Shown: in pieces, positions 20,180 to 31,879 of the stretch | How positions within the stretch are numbered: the first letter of the stretch is position 1 | Layout: the number at the start of each line of letters is the position of its first letter | Source of the DNA: an uncultured Planctomycetaceae bacterium | GTDB lineage: Bacteria > Planctomycetota > Planctomycetia > Isosphaerales > Isosphaeraceae | Length of the DNA stretch: 64,000 bases | Reading direction: 5' to 3' | Assembly: GCA_963833985.1 (NCBI GenBank) | Contig: CAWIAD010000002.1 | Coordinates: 2,432,001 to 2,496,000 of the forward strand | The notes under the pieces: model-generated | What the model saw: the letters and a program-made list of their open reading frames with translations, nothing else | Databases searched by the model: none | Told to the model about the DNA's origin: nothing | Translations under genes and position numbers: made by a program

Positions 20180-23100
20180 ATGAATTTCGATACGCGCCGC
20201 GCATCATTTCCCCAACGATCATCGCAGCTTCTCCCGCTCCCGAGGGAAGGATCATTCAGGGAAGGGACCGCCAGCTCCTCCGCCATCGACCGAACTCGGC
20301 TCCAGGAATGGAGATCAACCAGGTTGACGCGATCTTCTAGTTTCCAGGTCGGTATTCTGTGCTCGGGCCCGTCGTTCCAGGTCCAGCGATCGTCGGGTGT
20401 GAGCCGCAGCCGTCGCGGCGGTCTGGTGGCGTCGGCCGCAGTCACAGCGCTCTTGATGGGGCTGTACATCGCGGCGCCCAGGCCGGCATGCGGTCAGGGA
20501 CCCGGCCACAGCGCTTTCGAAGTTTTACCCCGACTCCAGCGAGAAGGCCGAAACGCTGCTGCGCAACGCGGGCAGCCACGCAAGCGACGGCCAGTGGTCC
20601 GAGGCCATCGAGATCTATCAGCGGATCATCGAACAGTACGGCGACAAGGTGGCCAAGCTTCCCAGGGAGAAGGACGCTCAGAAAGAGAAAGTTGAGGACC
20701 CTTCGGCTGACGAGTTCCTGCTCTTTGTCGACCTGCGGGCTTACTGCCACCGGGCCATCGCCAAGCTGCCTCCCGCGGCGCGGGCCATCTACCGCAACCG
20801 CATGGACGGCCTGGCCGAGCGCTGGTTTCAGGAAGGGGCCCGCCAGCGCGATCCGGCCTTGTTGCGGCGGGTCGTGGAACTGACGTTTTGCAGTTCCTGG
20901 GGTGACGAGGTGCTCGAGTTACTGGGCGACCTGGCATTCCAGGATGGGCGGTTTGGCGAGGCGCTGGCAATGTACCGGCCGCTTGTCCCGGACCGCCCCG
21001 AGGACACGTCTTCCCTGGTCCATCCCGACCCCAGCGTGGATCTGCCCCGGATTGCGGCCAAGAAGCTGCTGTGCCGGGCGGCGACCGGCGAGAAGCTGGA
21101 CGCCGACGCCGAGCTGGACGCCTACCGCAAGCGCTACCCGCAAGCCGCCGGCGAGCTGACCGGCCGGAAGGGTGCCTACGCAAGGATCCTCCAGGAATCG
21201 CTGCGGCTCGACCACCTGTTTCCCCCCGCCCAGCCTGATAGCCGCTGGCCCACCTTCGCCGGCGCCTTCTGCGCAGCCGGGTGGTCAACGAACCGATCGA
21301 CGTCGGCTCGCTCCAGTGGAAGGTGGCACTGGAGCGGATCATGCCGGGACGGCCGACCTATCCCTACGGATTTCCGCGGAATGTGCCCTCCAACCAGACG
21401 CTGCCGCCGGACCGGCTGCTTGGTTACCACCCGATCGTCCTGGGAGACCAGGTCATCGTGTGCGACGGGTCGCGCGTGCTGGCGTACAACCTGAGCGATC
21501 GGCCGGGCAACCGTGACAGCGGCCTGGCGCTGGCCATCGAACCGGCGTGGAAGCATGATCCCGAGACCGCGGCGCCGCAGGCCTATCGGACCAATTCCGG
21601 CATCCCCCGTTACACGCTCACCGCGGTGGGCAATCGCATTTACGCCCGCATGGGTGCGGCGACGCCTTCACCGTTTGGCGGCGGCCGGGGAGCCTCGTTC
21701 AGCTCCAGCTTCATCATCGCCTTGGACTGGAGTGCCCAGGGCAAGCTCATCTGGATGCAGCGGTCGAGCGACCTGGTCCTGCCCAATCGCGCCGCCGACC
21801 GGATGAACCGGTCGGTGAACTTCGAGGGGACGCCGGTGGCCGACAGCCGCAACGTCTTCGTCGCGGTGACCGATCGCCGTGAGCAGACGGCGACGTACGT
21901 GGCCTGTTTCGACGCAGACACCGGCACGGTGCGCTGGGTGCGGTACCTCGGCGCGGCAACCACCGAGGTGGACAACTTCATGGGCGGTATGGGCGGGATG
22001 GGATTCGCCGCCCCGATGGCCAGCGACTACGGCCACCGGCTGCTCTCGCTCGACGGCCCGTTTCTCTATTACCAGACCAACCTGGGTGCCGTGGTGGCGC
22101 TCGAGGCCGAGACCGGGGTTGTTCGCTGGGTGGCCAATTACCCGCGTCAGGATCAGGGCCGTTTCGGCGGCAGCGACCGCGACCTGAACCCGGCGGTCGT
22201 GCACGACGGTCTGGTGATCGTGGCGCCCAGTGATGCCGCGGCCATCTACGCGTTCGCCGCCGACACCGGCCGGCTGGTCTGGAAGACCGACCCGATTGCC
22301 GAGGAGATCAAGCTGACGCACCTCCTGGGGGTGGCCAAGGGACGGCTGGTGGCCACCGGCGATCGCGTTCTGCTCTTCGACGTCAAGACGGGCAAGCTGG
22401 CGGCCACCTGGCCCGACTCGGGCAAGTTCGAGGGTTACGGCCGCGGCCTGCTGGCGGGAAGTCGGATCTACTGGCCCACCCGGGACCGGATCGAAATTCT
22501 CGATCAGGGTTCAGGGCAGCGGGCCGAGCCGCCCATCAAGCTGATGGAGATCTACCGCACGCCCGGGGGCAACCTGGTTGCCGGCGACGGCTACCTGATC
22601 GTGGCACAACCCGACGCGCTGGTCGTCTTCTGCCAGAACAGCCGGCTGATCGAGCGCTATCGCGACGAGATCGCGCACAACCCGGAGCATGCCGCGACTC
22701 ATTACCGTCTGGCGCGGGCCGCGGAGGCCGTGGGCCGCGAACAGCTCGCGCTCGATTCGTACGCTCAGGCCAGCGAGCGGGCGCGACCCTCGGAGACCAT
22801 CGACGGCGTACCCCTGGCGGAGGCTGCTCAGGACCATCGCTTCCGCCTGCTCTTGCGGGTGGCGTCGGCGGCACGCCAGGGGAAGAAATATGCCGAGGCG
22901 ATCCGGGGACTGGAGACGGCCGGGCGGATCGCCCGTTCCGATGGCGACCGGCTGCGCGCCCGGCTGCTGCTGGCCGAGACCGAGGTGCAGGACGAACGGC
23001 CCGGGCGAGCCATCGGCATCCTCGAGCGGGTGCTCGCGGATGACCGGCTGCGGGTCCTGACCGTGAGCAGCGAGGACGGCCACCGCGCCATCCGCGCGGA

Positions 23101-24871
23101 CCTGCTGATTGCCGATCGGCTGGGGGAGCTGGTCCGCGACCGTGGGCGGGCGATCTACGCCGCCTCGGACCACACCGCACGCACGCTCTATGAACGGGGA
23201 CAGCGCGAGCAGGATCCGCGGCTGCTCGAGGAAGTCAGCCGGATCTTCCCGGCTGCGGAGGTGGTTCCGGAGGCCTTGCTGGAGCTGGGACGGCTGCACC
23301 AGAAGGCCGGGCGGCCGGCGGCCGCCACCGTGGCGTACAAGCGGCTGCTCGCCTCCAGCGGGGTCTCGGACATGGCGCGTGCCCGGGCGCTCTGGAAGCT
23401 GGCCCATGTCTACGAGGAGGAAAACTACCTGGTCTCGGCGCGCGACGCCTACGTGCAGCTTCAGAGCCGCTACGGCCGTATCAAGCTGCCGGAACTGGGC
23501 GGCGAGGTGGCGCTGGGGGAGCGGGTCTCGGCCGAGCTGGCCCGTGGTTCGCTGGCGCAGATCGCGGTGGACCGCCCCCGGGCGGCCATTCCACTCCCTC
23601 TGGGACGACGCTGGCACGTCCCTCAGCACGCCGCCCGCAATCTGCGGATCCTGAGCGCCTGCGGCACTCCTCCCGGCCTGCAATCCAGCCGCGCCTTCCT
23701 GGTGGAGGGACCGACGCTCACGCCGCTGGATCCCGCGACGGGCTCCCCCCGCTGGACCGTGGAGCTGGGGGCGCCCGCGGTCTGGGTGGGCTACCTGTCG
23801 GACAAGGTGGTGGCTGCCTCGGCGTTGCGGCTGGTCGGGCTTGACCCGGCCAGCGGGGCCGAGCAGTGGTCGTTCGCAGCCGCGGCGCCGGTCCGTGCCC
23901 GCCGCCTTCCCGACCCCTTCGCCCGCGCCGAGCAGGCGCCCGCGGAAGAGTCCAGGGCCCAGTTCCACGATTTCCACGCGGTCAACGGCCGGCTCTTCTG
24001 CCTGCGCGGTGACGAGGAGCTGATCGCCATCGACGCTGACCGCGGTGCGGTGGACTGGTCATTCACCTCCCGCGACGGGGCCATCAACCCCAGGCTCTGG
24101 ATCGGTAGCGAGCGCGTGCTCCTCCAGGTGCAGAACCCCAACCGCCTGCTGGTGCTCGAGACCGAGACCGGCCGGCAGGTGGCGCGCACCCCTCTGGCCG
24201 ACGGCGATGCGCTGGAAAGCGCACCGGTGCCGATTGGCGAGGACCATGTTCTGCTGGTGCCGGATCGCCGCACCGTCAAGAAATACGACCTCGAGCGCGG
24301 CGCGTTCGTCTGGAATTATCGCGAGAGCACGGAGATGCCGGTGAACGGGCCGCCCCGGGTCCTGGTCGACGCCGAGCGCGTGCTGGTCCTGCACGACGGC
24401 CGCGTGCTCATTCGCCTGGACCCCCAGAGCGGAGCCCGGCGCTGGGCGACCGTGCTGGGCATCGAGGACCTGAGCAACCGCCCCGAGGCGATCGCCTGGG
24501 ATGATCGTCGGGTCTACTGTGCCAGCCAGCAAACCCTGCGGGCGCTTTCCCTGGACGACGGCACGTCGCTGTGGATGCGCCACCTCTCGGGACCGGAGAA
24601 CGCGCTCTGGTCGCTGGCCCTGTCCGATCGCTGCGTGATCGCTTATCCCAGCCTCTCGAATCTTTCCGAGGGCGAGACCGAAAGCATGCCGGTCGTCGTC
24701 CGGCGGCAAGAGACCGGCGCCCTGGTGCAACGGTTCGTCTTTCCCGCGACGATCGCCGATGTGAATGTGAAACTGGACTCCCGTGGAGTGCTCGTGGCGA
24801 CGTATCGCGGCCTCTGGGCGCTGGGCGGTCGGGACGGCGGTGGTGAGACGAAGCCCTCCCCTCTTCCCTGA
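20180..24871 (+). CDS. Large exported TPR + PQQ-like beta-propeller repeat protein; frameshifts at ~20511 and ~21270
   Basis: TPR-like helices (QWSEAIEIYQRIIEQY), many propeller blades (ACFDADTGTVRW, ALEAETGVVRW, DADRGAVDW) across three consecutive ORFs; start uncertain. Confidence 0.8.
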
Positions 24872-24990
24872 AGGTGCGCTGCGATAGGCTCAACCTTGAA
24901 GTTGATTGATCTGGTCCGCCGGTCCGTGCTGCTGCGCAGGTTCGTGCTACCCGCGCGGGCCGTCAGCCGCCCCTTGATGGAGAAACCCGC

Positions 24991-26076
24991 GTGAGCGACA
25001 TTCCAGAAGAAGCCCCGGTTCCGCTCGAGGGCGACGACCTTGCCTCCGTGGAGCGCCTCAAGGAGGCGTTCGGGCTGCTCAAGTCCGAGATGAGCAAGGT
25101 GATCGTCGGCCAGCACGCCGTGCTCGAGGAACTGCTGATCGCCATCTTCGCACGCGGGCATTGCCTGCTGATCGGCGTGCCGGGGCTGGCCAAGACCCTC
25201 ATGATCCACACCCTGGCCGATGCGCTGAACCTGACGTACAACCGCATCCAGTTCACGCCCGACCTGATGCCCTCGGACATCACCGGCACCGAGGTCATCC
25301 AGGAGGACAAGGCGACCGGTCTGCGACAGTTCAAGTTCCTCCGCGGGCCGGTGTTCGCCAACATCGTGCTGGCCGACGAGGTGAACCGGACGCCGCCGAA
25401 GACGCAGGCCGCGCTGCTGGAGGCCATGCAAGAACGGCAGGTGACCGTGGGCGGCGAGCGGCACCGTCTGCCAGACCCCTTCTTCGTGCTGGCCACCCAG
25501 AACCCGATCGAGCAGGAAGGGACCTACCCGCTTCCCGAGGCCCAGCTCGACCGGTTCATGCTCAACATCCTGGTCGACTACCCCTCGGAGGAAGAGGAGC
25601 TGGACATCGTCCGGCTGACGACGTCGATCCATCGTCCAGTGGTGACCAAGGTGCTCTCGGGCAACGACATCCTCAACTTGCAGGAGATCGTCCGCAAGGT
25701 GCCCGTGGCCGACCATGCGGCGCGCTACGCCGTCCGCCTGACGCGCAGCACGCGCAGGGACAAGGAGGACGCTCCTGCCTTCGTGCGTGATTTCGTGAGC
25801 TGGGGCGCGGGACCGCGCGCCAGCCAGTACCTGATCCTGGCGGCCAAGGCCCGGGCCGTGCTGCACGGCAACTATCATGTCTCGATCGAGGACATCCGCG
25901 CCGTGGCCGGTCCGGTATTGCGGCACCGGATCATCACCAACTTCAACGCCGAGGCCGAGGGACTGAAGCCCGACGACATCGTCGCGCGGCTGATCAAGAC
26001 GCTTCCGATCGATGACCACGAGGCCGAGCAAGGTGGAAAACTCCCAAAACTATTTAGATCCGCAAACGCTGGCTAG
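24991..26076 (+). CDS. moxR: MoxR family AAA+ ATPase
   Basis: GVPGLAKT Walker A, RIQFTPDLMPSDITG, LADEVNRTPPKTQAALLEAMQE and ATQNPIEQEGTYPLPEAQLDRF. Confidence 0.97.
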   Translation: MSDIPEEAPVPLEGDDLASVERLKEAFGLLKSEMSKVIVGQHAVLEELLIAIFARGHCLLIGVPGLAKTLMIHTLADALNLTYNRIQFTPDLMPSDITGTEVIQEDKATGLRQFKFLRGPVFANIVLADEVNRTPPKTQAALLEAMQERQVTVGGERHRLPDPFFVLATQNPIEQEGTYPLPEAQLDRFMLNILVDYPSEEEELDIVRLTTSIHRPVVTKVLSGNDILNLQEIVRKVPVADHAARYAVRLTRSTRRDKEDAPAFVRDFVSWGAGPRASQYLILAAKARAVLHGNYHVSIEDIRAVAGPVLRHRIITNFNAEAEGLKPDDIVARLIKTLPIDDHEAEQGGKLPKLFRSANAG

Positions 26077-26932
26077 TCTCGAGGGACTCGACCTGCAAGC
26101 GCGGCTTGTGGTCGAGGGCTACGTGGCAGGCATGCACCCCAGCCCCTACCACGGCTTCTCCGTCGAGTTCGCCGAGCACCGCGAGTACGTGCCCGGCGAC
26201 GACATCCGCCACGTCGACTGGAAAGTCTGGTCCAAGACGGACAAGCTCTACCTCAAGCAGTACGAGGAAGAGACCAACCTGCTGCTCTACCTGCTGCTGG
26301 ATACCAGCGAGTCGATGTCGTATGCATCGGGCCAGAACGTCTCCAAGCTGAGGTACTCGCAGTTCGTGATCGCCGCGCTGGCGTACCTGGTCATCCAGCA
26401 GCAAGATTCTGTGGGCCTGGGCCTGTTCGACGACTCGGTCCGCCGCTTCCTCCGGCCGGCCAGCCAGCCCTCGCACTTGAAGGAGCTGCTGCACGTCCTG
26501 GACGCCACGCCGGCCCGCGAGAAGTCCGACCTGGGCGCCGTGCTGCACGACCTGGCGGAGCGGTTCAAGAAGCGCGGGGTCGTCGCCATCTTCTCGGACT
26601 TCTTCGACGATCCCGGCCGGATCCTTGCCGGGCTCAAGCACTTTCGCCACCGCCGGCACGAGGTCATCGTGTTCCACGTGCTCGACCCGGCGGAGCTCGA
26701 ATTCCCGTTCCGGGAAACCACGCTGTTCAAGGGCCTGGAAGGCATGCCCGAGGTGCTCACCGAGCCGCACGCGCTGCGCAGGGCTTACCAGGAGGAGCTG
26801 AGCACCTTCCTCGAGGAGCTCAAGAAAGGCTGCCGCATGATCGACATCGACTACGTTCCCCTGCGCACCGACCAGAGCCTGGAAGGCCCGCTCTCCAGTT
26901 ATCTGGCTTCCAGGTCGGCGCGCGCTCTCTAG
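26012..26932 (+). CDS. DUF58 domain protein (VWA-like)
   Basis: GFSVEFAEHREYVPGDDIRHVDWK, KQYEEETN, LDTSES MIDAS-like motif. Confidence 0.95.
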   Translation: MTTRPSKVENSQNYLDPQTLASLEGLDLQARLVVEGYVAGMHPSPYHGFSVEFAEHREYVPGDDIRHVDWKVWSKTDKLYLKQYEEETNLLLYLLLDTSESMSYASGQNVSKLRYSQFVIAALAYLVIQQQDSVGLGLFDDSVRRFLRPASQPSHLKELLHVLDATPAREKSDLGAVLHDLAERFKKRGVVAIFSDFFDDPGRILAGLKHFRHRRHEVIVFHVLDPAELEFPFRETTLFKGLEGMPEVLTEPHALRRAYQEELSTFLEELKKGCRMIDIDYVPLRTDQSLEGPLSSYLASRSARAL

Positions 26933-27052
26933 GTTTCGAGACGACACAACAATTTCACGAGGGTTAGGGACCTGCGGGCCGGAGCGCATTGCGGCCCGTG
27001 GAATCGCTGACCCTGCTCAAGGCCTCATCGGGTGTACCTGGACTCACGCCTC

Positions 27053-29263
27053 ATGCTTCCGCACGTGTCATTACCGCTGCTCTGGGCGCTCGAGTTCGCC
27101 AACCCCGGCCTGCTGGCCGGCGTGGCGGCCGCGTCGATCCCGATCATCATCCACCTGCTGAACCGCCGCAAGTTCCGCGAGATGTCGTGGGCGGCCATGC
27201 AGTTCCTGATGGCGGCGATCCGCAAGAACCAGCGCCGGGTGCGGATCGAACAGTGGCTGCTGCTGGCCCTGCGCACGCTGCTCATCCTGCTCATCGTCGC
27301 GGCCATGGCCAAGCCCTTTCTGGAGAGCTTCGGCAACGTGATCGCCGGCCGGCGGACGCACCGGGTGCTGGTGCTCGACGGGTCCCTGAGCATGGGCTAC
27401 AGCAACGGCGATTCCAGCCGCTTCGACCAGGCCAAGGCGGTTGCGACGCAGCTTGTCAAGGACTCGCGGCAGGGCGATTCGATCAGCCTGATCGTCATGA
27501 GCGAGCCCCCGCGGGTCGTCATCGGCGACCCGTCGCCGAACCTTGCCGAGGTGCAGAAGGAAGTCGCGGAGCTCACGTTGACGCACGGGGCGACCGACCT
27601 CCAGGCAACGTTCGAGGCCATCGATCGCGTCCTCGATGTCTCGAGCATCGACCAGAAAGAGATCATCTTCCTGTCCGACCTGCAAAACACGAGCTGGCGC
27701 CGGCCGGCGTCGAGCGGCAAGGACGGCCTGGAGCGGGTGCTGGCGAAGATCGAGGCGCGGCGGCCGCGCTCGGTGGTCATCGATCTGGGCAAGACGGGCA
27801 GCGAGAACAGGGCGGTCACCGGCCTGGCCATCGACGTCCCCGTGGTCACGGCCGGAGCGACACCCCTGGTCCGCGGGACCCTGCGCAATTTCGGTCCGTC
27901 GCGGGCGGAGAGCGTGCTCATCCGCCTGGTGATGGACGGCCGGGTGAGCGCGGAGCAGTCCGTCGAGCTGCCCGTCGGCGAGGATGTGCCGGTGATCTTC
28001 AACCAGACCTTCGGTTCGCCCGGCGATCACACGCTTGAATTGACGATGGACAATGATCCGCTTCCCCTGGACGATCGGCGCTGGCTGGTCGTGCCGGTGC
28101 GCGAGTCGATCTCGGTGCTCCTGGTGGACGGCCACTTCCGCTCCGAGCCATTCCAGGCCGAGACCGACTACCTCGCCCAGGCGCTGGCGCCGACGGAGGG
28201 TTCGCCCGGCCAACCGGGGATGATCCGCTCCGACGTGGTGACCGAATCGCGACTCTCGGGACGCGACCTGGCGGCCTACGACGTGGTGGCCCTGTGCAAC
28301 GTGGCCCAGTTCAGCCAGGCCGAGGTCACCGCGCTGACGGACTATCTCAAGCAGGGCGGAGGACTCATCGTCTTCGGCGGCGACCAGGTCATCACTGATA
28401 ATTACAACCGGCTGCTCTACGCCGACGGCAAGGGCATCTTGCCGGCCGCGCTGGGGCCGGCCGTGGGGGACGCCGCCCGCAAGCAAGCCGGCTTCGCCTT
28501 CAACCCGCTGGGATACCGGCACCCGCTCTTGACCGAGTTCCGGGGCCAGCGCGACCCGGTCCTGGCGGGCCTCACGCAGGCGGTGGTGTGGCAGTATCAC
28601 AAGCTGGTGCTGCCGCCGGAGAGCCCCGCCCAGGTCGCCCTCCGCTTCGACACCGGAGACCCGGCGGTGATCGAGGCGCCCGTCGCGCACGGCAAGGTGA
28701 TCGTCGTGGCCACCTCGGCCGACGCGGGCTGGACGAGCTGGCCCCTGCACAACAGCTACCCGCCGATCATGCAGCAGATGGTGCTCCAGGCCGCCTCGGG
28801 CCGGCTCGCCGAGCGGAACATCCGGGTTGGCCAGCCCTTCGATCAGACCTACGGGGCCACCGGCGCGCTGGCCAGCGCGACGGTGCTTAACCCCAAGGGC
28901 CAGAGTTTGCCGGCCCGGCTCAAGGCCGCCGGAAATACCAGCCAGCTCCATTTCGAGCAGACGGAGCTCTCCGGCACGTACCAGGTGCGGATCGGGGCGC
29001 CCCTGGCCGTGGAGAATAGCTTCGCCGCCAACCCCGACCCCGCCGAGAGCGACCTGGCCAAGCTGGACCGCGCGGGGCTCGAGCAGAGGCTTCCCGGCTG
29101 GAACTTCGTGCACATGGCCAACTGGCGTGAGCTCAGCCAGAACGCCGCGTCCGTGGGCCGGCGCGGGGAGCTGCACCGTCCCTTGCTCTACGGAGCGCTC
29201 GTGGTCTTGCTGCTGGAATCGTTCCTGGCCTGGAAGTTCGGACATCACAGTACCTCTGGATAA
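27053..29263 (+). CDS. BatA N-terminal domain + VWA domain membrane protein
   Basis: PIIIHLLNRRK...WAAMQFL BatA motif, LDGSLSM MIDAS, C-terminal TM; start uncertain (27032 or 27053). Confidence 0.9.
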   Translation: MLPHVSLPLLWALEFANPGLLAGVAAASIPIIIHLLNRRKFREMSWAAMQFLMAAIRKNQRRVRIEQWLLLALRTLLILLIVAAMAKPFLESFGNVIAGRRTHRVLVLDGSLSMGYSNGDSSRFDQAKAVATQLVKDSRQGDSISLIVMSEPPRVVIGDPSPNLAEVQKEVAELTLTHGATDLQATFEAIDRVLDVSSIDQKEIIFLSDLQNTSWRRPASSGKDGLERVLAKIEARRPRSVVIDLGKTGSENRAVTGLAIDVPVVTAGATPLVRGTLRNFGPSRAESVLIRLVMDGRVSAEQSVELPVGEDVPVIFNQTFGSPGDHTLELTMDNDPLPLDDRRWLVVPVRESISVLLVDGHFRSEPFQAETDYLAQALAPTEGSPGQPGMIRSDVVTESRLSGRDLAAYDVVALCNVAQFSQAEVTALTDYLKQGGGLIVFGGDQVITDNYNRLLYADGKGILPAALGPAVGDAARKQAGFAFNPLGYRHPLLTEFRGQRDPVLAGLTQAVVWQYHKLVLPPESPAQVALRFDTGDPAVIEAPVAHGKVIVVATSADAGWTSWPLHNSYPPIMQQMVLQAASGRLAERNIRVGQPFDQTYGATGALASATVLNPKGQSLPARLKAAGNTSQLHFEQTELSGTYQVRIGAPLAVENSFAANPDPAESDLAKLDRAGLEQRLPGWNFVHMANWRELSQNAASVGRRGELHRPLLYGALVVLLLESFLAWKFGHHSTSG

Positions 29264-29275
29264 GGCAGGTTCCCG

Positions 29276-31744
29276 GTGAGGGAGTGGATCTATCAGAAGC
29301 TGGCGGACGCCCTGAGCGTGCCGCCTCCCCAGGCCGGTGAGGCGATCTCGCCGCAACTGCGGTTCGAGCAGCCCTGGCCGCAGTGGCTGCTGCTGGCCGT
29401 CGTGCTTGGCGGCTCGGCGCTGTTCCTCGGCGTCTATCGCCGCGAGGGCAGGGCCTCGGCGGCCATGAAGTATTTCCTGGCCTCCATCCGCATCGGCCTG
29501 CTGCTGCTCCTGGTGCTGATGATCTCCGAGGCGGTGCTCTCGGTGGAACGCACCGGCTTGCCCTACCTGACGATCTTGATCGACGACTCGGCGAGCCAGC
29601 AGATCGCCGACCAGTACGAGCGCACCGAGACCCGCGCGGCGCTCCAGGCGCTGGCGCGTCAGGCGTCGGCTCCATCGGCGGCGAGCACTGCTGCCGGCAA
29701 CACGGGCACAGCAGCCGGCGCCGCTCTGGCCGCCAGCGACGTGCCCAGGATCGAGATCTCCAAGGGGCTGCTCATGAAGGACAAGGCCCACCTGCTCCAG
29801 GAGCTCCAGAAGCAGCACAAGGTCCGTCTTTACCTGGTGTCCAATTCCGCGCGGCTGCTCGCCGAGGTGGACCGCCCTGGCGACATTCCGGAGGCCCTGG
29901 AAAAGCTGCGGGCCGTCCAGGGAAGCGGTAGCCAGACCCGCCTGGGTGACAGCACGCGGCAGGTGCTCACCGAGCTGCGCGGCGCACCGCCGTCGGCGAT
30001 CGTGCTCCTCTCCGACGGCCAGACCACCGAGGGGGAAGGGCTGGCCAAGGCTGCCGAGATGGCGGCGCGGAAGGGGGTTCCCATGTTCATCGTGGGCATG
30101 GGCAGCGCCGAGCCGGCACGCGACCTGGAGCTCACCGAGCTGCTCGTCGACGACGTGGTCTTCGTGGATGACGCGGTTCGCTTCCAGGCCAAGCTGCTGC
30201 GCGCGGCTTCCAGGGGCAGAGCGTCACAGTCCGGCTGCTCGAGAAGGACCCGGCGAGCCCCGACCCCAGGGCCGCGCGAGCTGGCCCAGGTGCAGGTGGA
30301 AGCGCCCGCCGACGGCCAGCCGAGACGCGTGGAGCTGGTGCACCGTCCCAGGACCACCGGCGAGCGCACGTTCGTGCTGGAGGTGGAGCCGAAGCCGCGC
30401 GAGCTTCAGGTCGAGAACAACCGGATCGAGCGGGCCGTCACCGTGCGCAAGGAAAAGCTCAAGGTGCTGCTGGTGGAGAGCGAGCCGAGGTATGAGTTCC
30501 GGTATCTGAAGAACTACCTCGAGCGCGAGGAGACGATCGACCTCTCGGTCGTGCTGCTCTCCTCGGATCCCGAGTACAGCGAGCAGGACCGATCGGCCCT
30601 GCCCACCTTCCCCGCCGCCAAGGATGAGCTTTTCGCCTTCGACGTGGTGATCGTGGGCGATGCCGATCCGGGCTTCCTGAGCCATTCGCAGATGCAGAAC
30701 CTCTCCGAGTTCGTGACCGACAAGGGAGGGGGCATCCTGTTCGTGGCCGGCGAAACGTTCAACCCGCTCGGTTACCGCGGCACGCCGCTGGAATTGCTGC
30801 TGCCGATCGAGCTGGCCGATGCCCGCAACCCCACGGCGGTGGGCAATGCGCTCAGCGCGTACCGGCCGGAGCTCACCGTCGAGGGACGCTCGAGCCCGAT
30901 CTTCCGCTTTGGCGACAGCGAGGCGGCCAGCGCACTGATCTGGCAAAACCTGCCCATGCTGTACTGGTACTTCGAGGCGCCCCGCAAGAAGCCCGCGGCC
31001 CTGGTGCTGGCGGAGCACCCCACCGCCATGGGGAGCGAGGGCAAGCTGCCTCTGGATCTCTACCAGTTCGCGGGCGCCGGCAAGGCCATGTTCCATGCCT
31101 TCGACGACACCTGGCGCTGGCGGTTCCGCTCCGGCGACCGCTACTTCGGCCGGTTCTGGGTCCAGGCCATCCGTTTCCTGGCGCGCTCGAAGCTGGTTGG
31201 CCAGCGGCAGGCGGAGATCCAGACCGACCGCGTGAAGTACGAGCGCGGGCAGCCCATCCGGCTGCGGGTGCGTTTCCCCAACCCCGGCCTCGCGCCCGCC
31301 ACGGGGTCGGTCACGGTACAGATCGAGCGCAACGGGTCCAGCCCGCGGAAGCTGACGCTCAACCAGTTGACGGGCCTCCGCAATGTCTTCGAGGGGGCGC
31401 TGCCGCAGGCGACCGAGGGGGAGTACGAGGTGCGGCTCTTGCCTCCGCCCATCCTTGACGGCCCGATTCCCACCGCGAGCTTCCGAGTCGAGGCGCCGGC
31501 CAGCGAGCTGGAGCGGGTGCAGATGAACGAGGCCGAGATGGTCCGGGCCGCGGCCGCCACCGGGGGCAAGTTCTACACGCCCCTTGCCGCCGATTCCCTG
31601 TTACAGGACCTGCCCAGGCCGTCCAAGGTCCCGCTCGATACCGACCCGCCGATCCCGCTCTGGAACACGTATCCGGTGCTGGGCCTGTTCCTGGCCCTGA
31701 TCACCCTGGAGTGGGTTCTCCGGAAACGCAAGCAGATGGTATGA
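29276..31744 (+). CDS. VWA + glutamine amidotransferase-like domain membrane protein; compensating indels at ~30200 and ~30275
   Basis: IDDSASQ MIDAS-like motif, LLSDGQ, PRYEFRYLKNYL, TWRWR, C-terminal EWVLRK TM. Confidence 0.88.
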   Translation: MREWIYQKLADALSVPPPQAGEAISPQLRFEQPWPQWLLLAVVLGGSALFLGVYRREGRASAAMKYFLASIRIGLLLLLVLMISEAVLSVERTGLPYLTILIDDSASQQIADQYERTETRAALQALARQASAPSAASTAAGNTGTAAGAALAASDVPRIEISKGLLMKDKAHLLQELQKQHKVRLYLVSNSARLLAEVDRPGDIPEALEKLRAVQGSGSQTRLGDSTRQVLTELRGAPPSAIVLLSDGQTTEGEGLAKAAEMAARKGVPMFIVGMGSAEPARDLELTELLVDDVVFVDDAVRFQAKLLRAASRGRASQSGCSRRTRRAPTPGPRELAQVQVEAPADGQPRRVELVHRPRTTGERTFVLEVEPKPRELQVENNRIERAVTVRKEKLKVLLVESEPRYEFRYLKNYLEREETIDLSVVLLSSDPEYSEQDRSALPTFPAAKDELFAFDVVIVGDADPGFLSHSQMQNLSEFVTDKGGGILFVAGETFNPLGYRGTPLELLLPIELADARNPTAVGNALSAYRPELTVEGRSSPIFRFGDSEAASALIWQNLPMLYWYFEAPRKKPAALVLAEHPTAMGSEGKLPLDLYQFAGAGKAMFHAFDDTWRWRFRSGDRYFGRFWVQAIRFLARSKLVGQRQAEIQTDRVKYERGQPIRLRVRFPNPGLAPATGSVTVQIERNGSSPRKLTLNQLTGLRNVFEGALPQATEGEYEVRLLPPPILDGPIPTASFRVEAPASELERVQMNEAEMVRAAAATGGKFYTPLAADSLLQDLPRPSKVPLDTDPPIPLWNTYPVLGLFLALITLEWVLRKRKQMV

Positions 31745-31879
31745 TCGTTGCTCACTTGGTAGGTGACCTCAGATGATTGCCGAACCGCCGTCCGGACAGA
31801 TCGAATCGAGCCACGCGTTTCCGCCCGGGACTCACCGGGTGGGGGCCCACCACACTCTTACTTGGGCCGGGAGGGGTCG

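Noticed and set aside
19698..20255. Several overlapping ORFs between the bc and MoxR operons
   Set aside because: Arg/Pro/Gly-rich translations with no RBS or domain features; more likely a promoter region
20180..24871. PQQ-dependent dehydrogenase or BamB
   Set aside because: Only generic propeller blades interleaved with TPRs; the size and MoxR context do not fit
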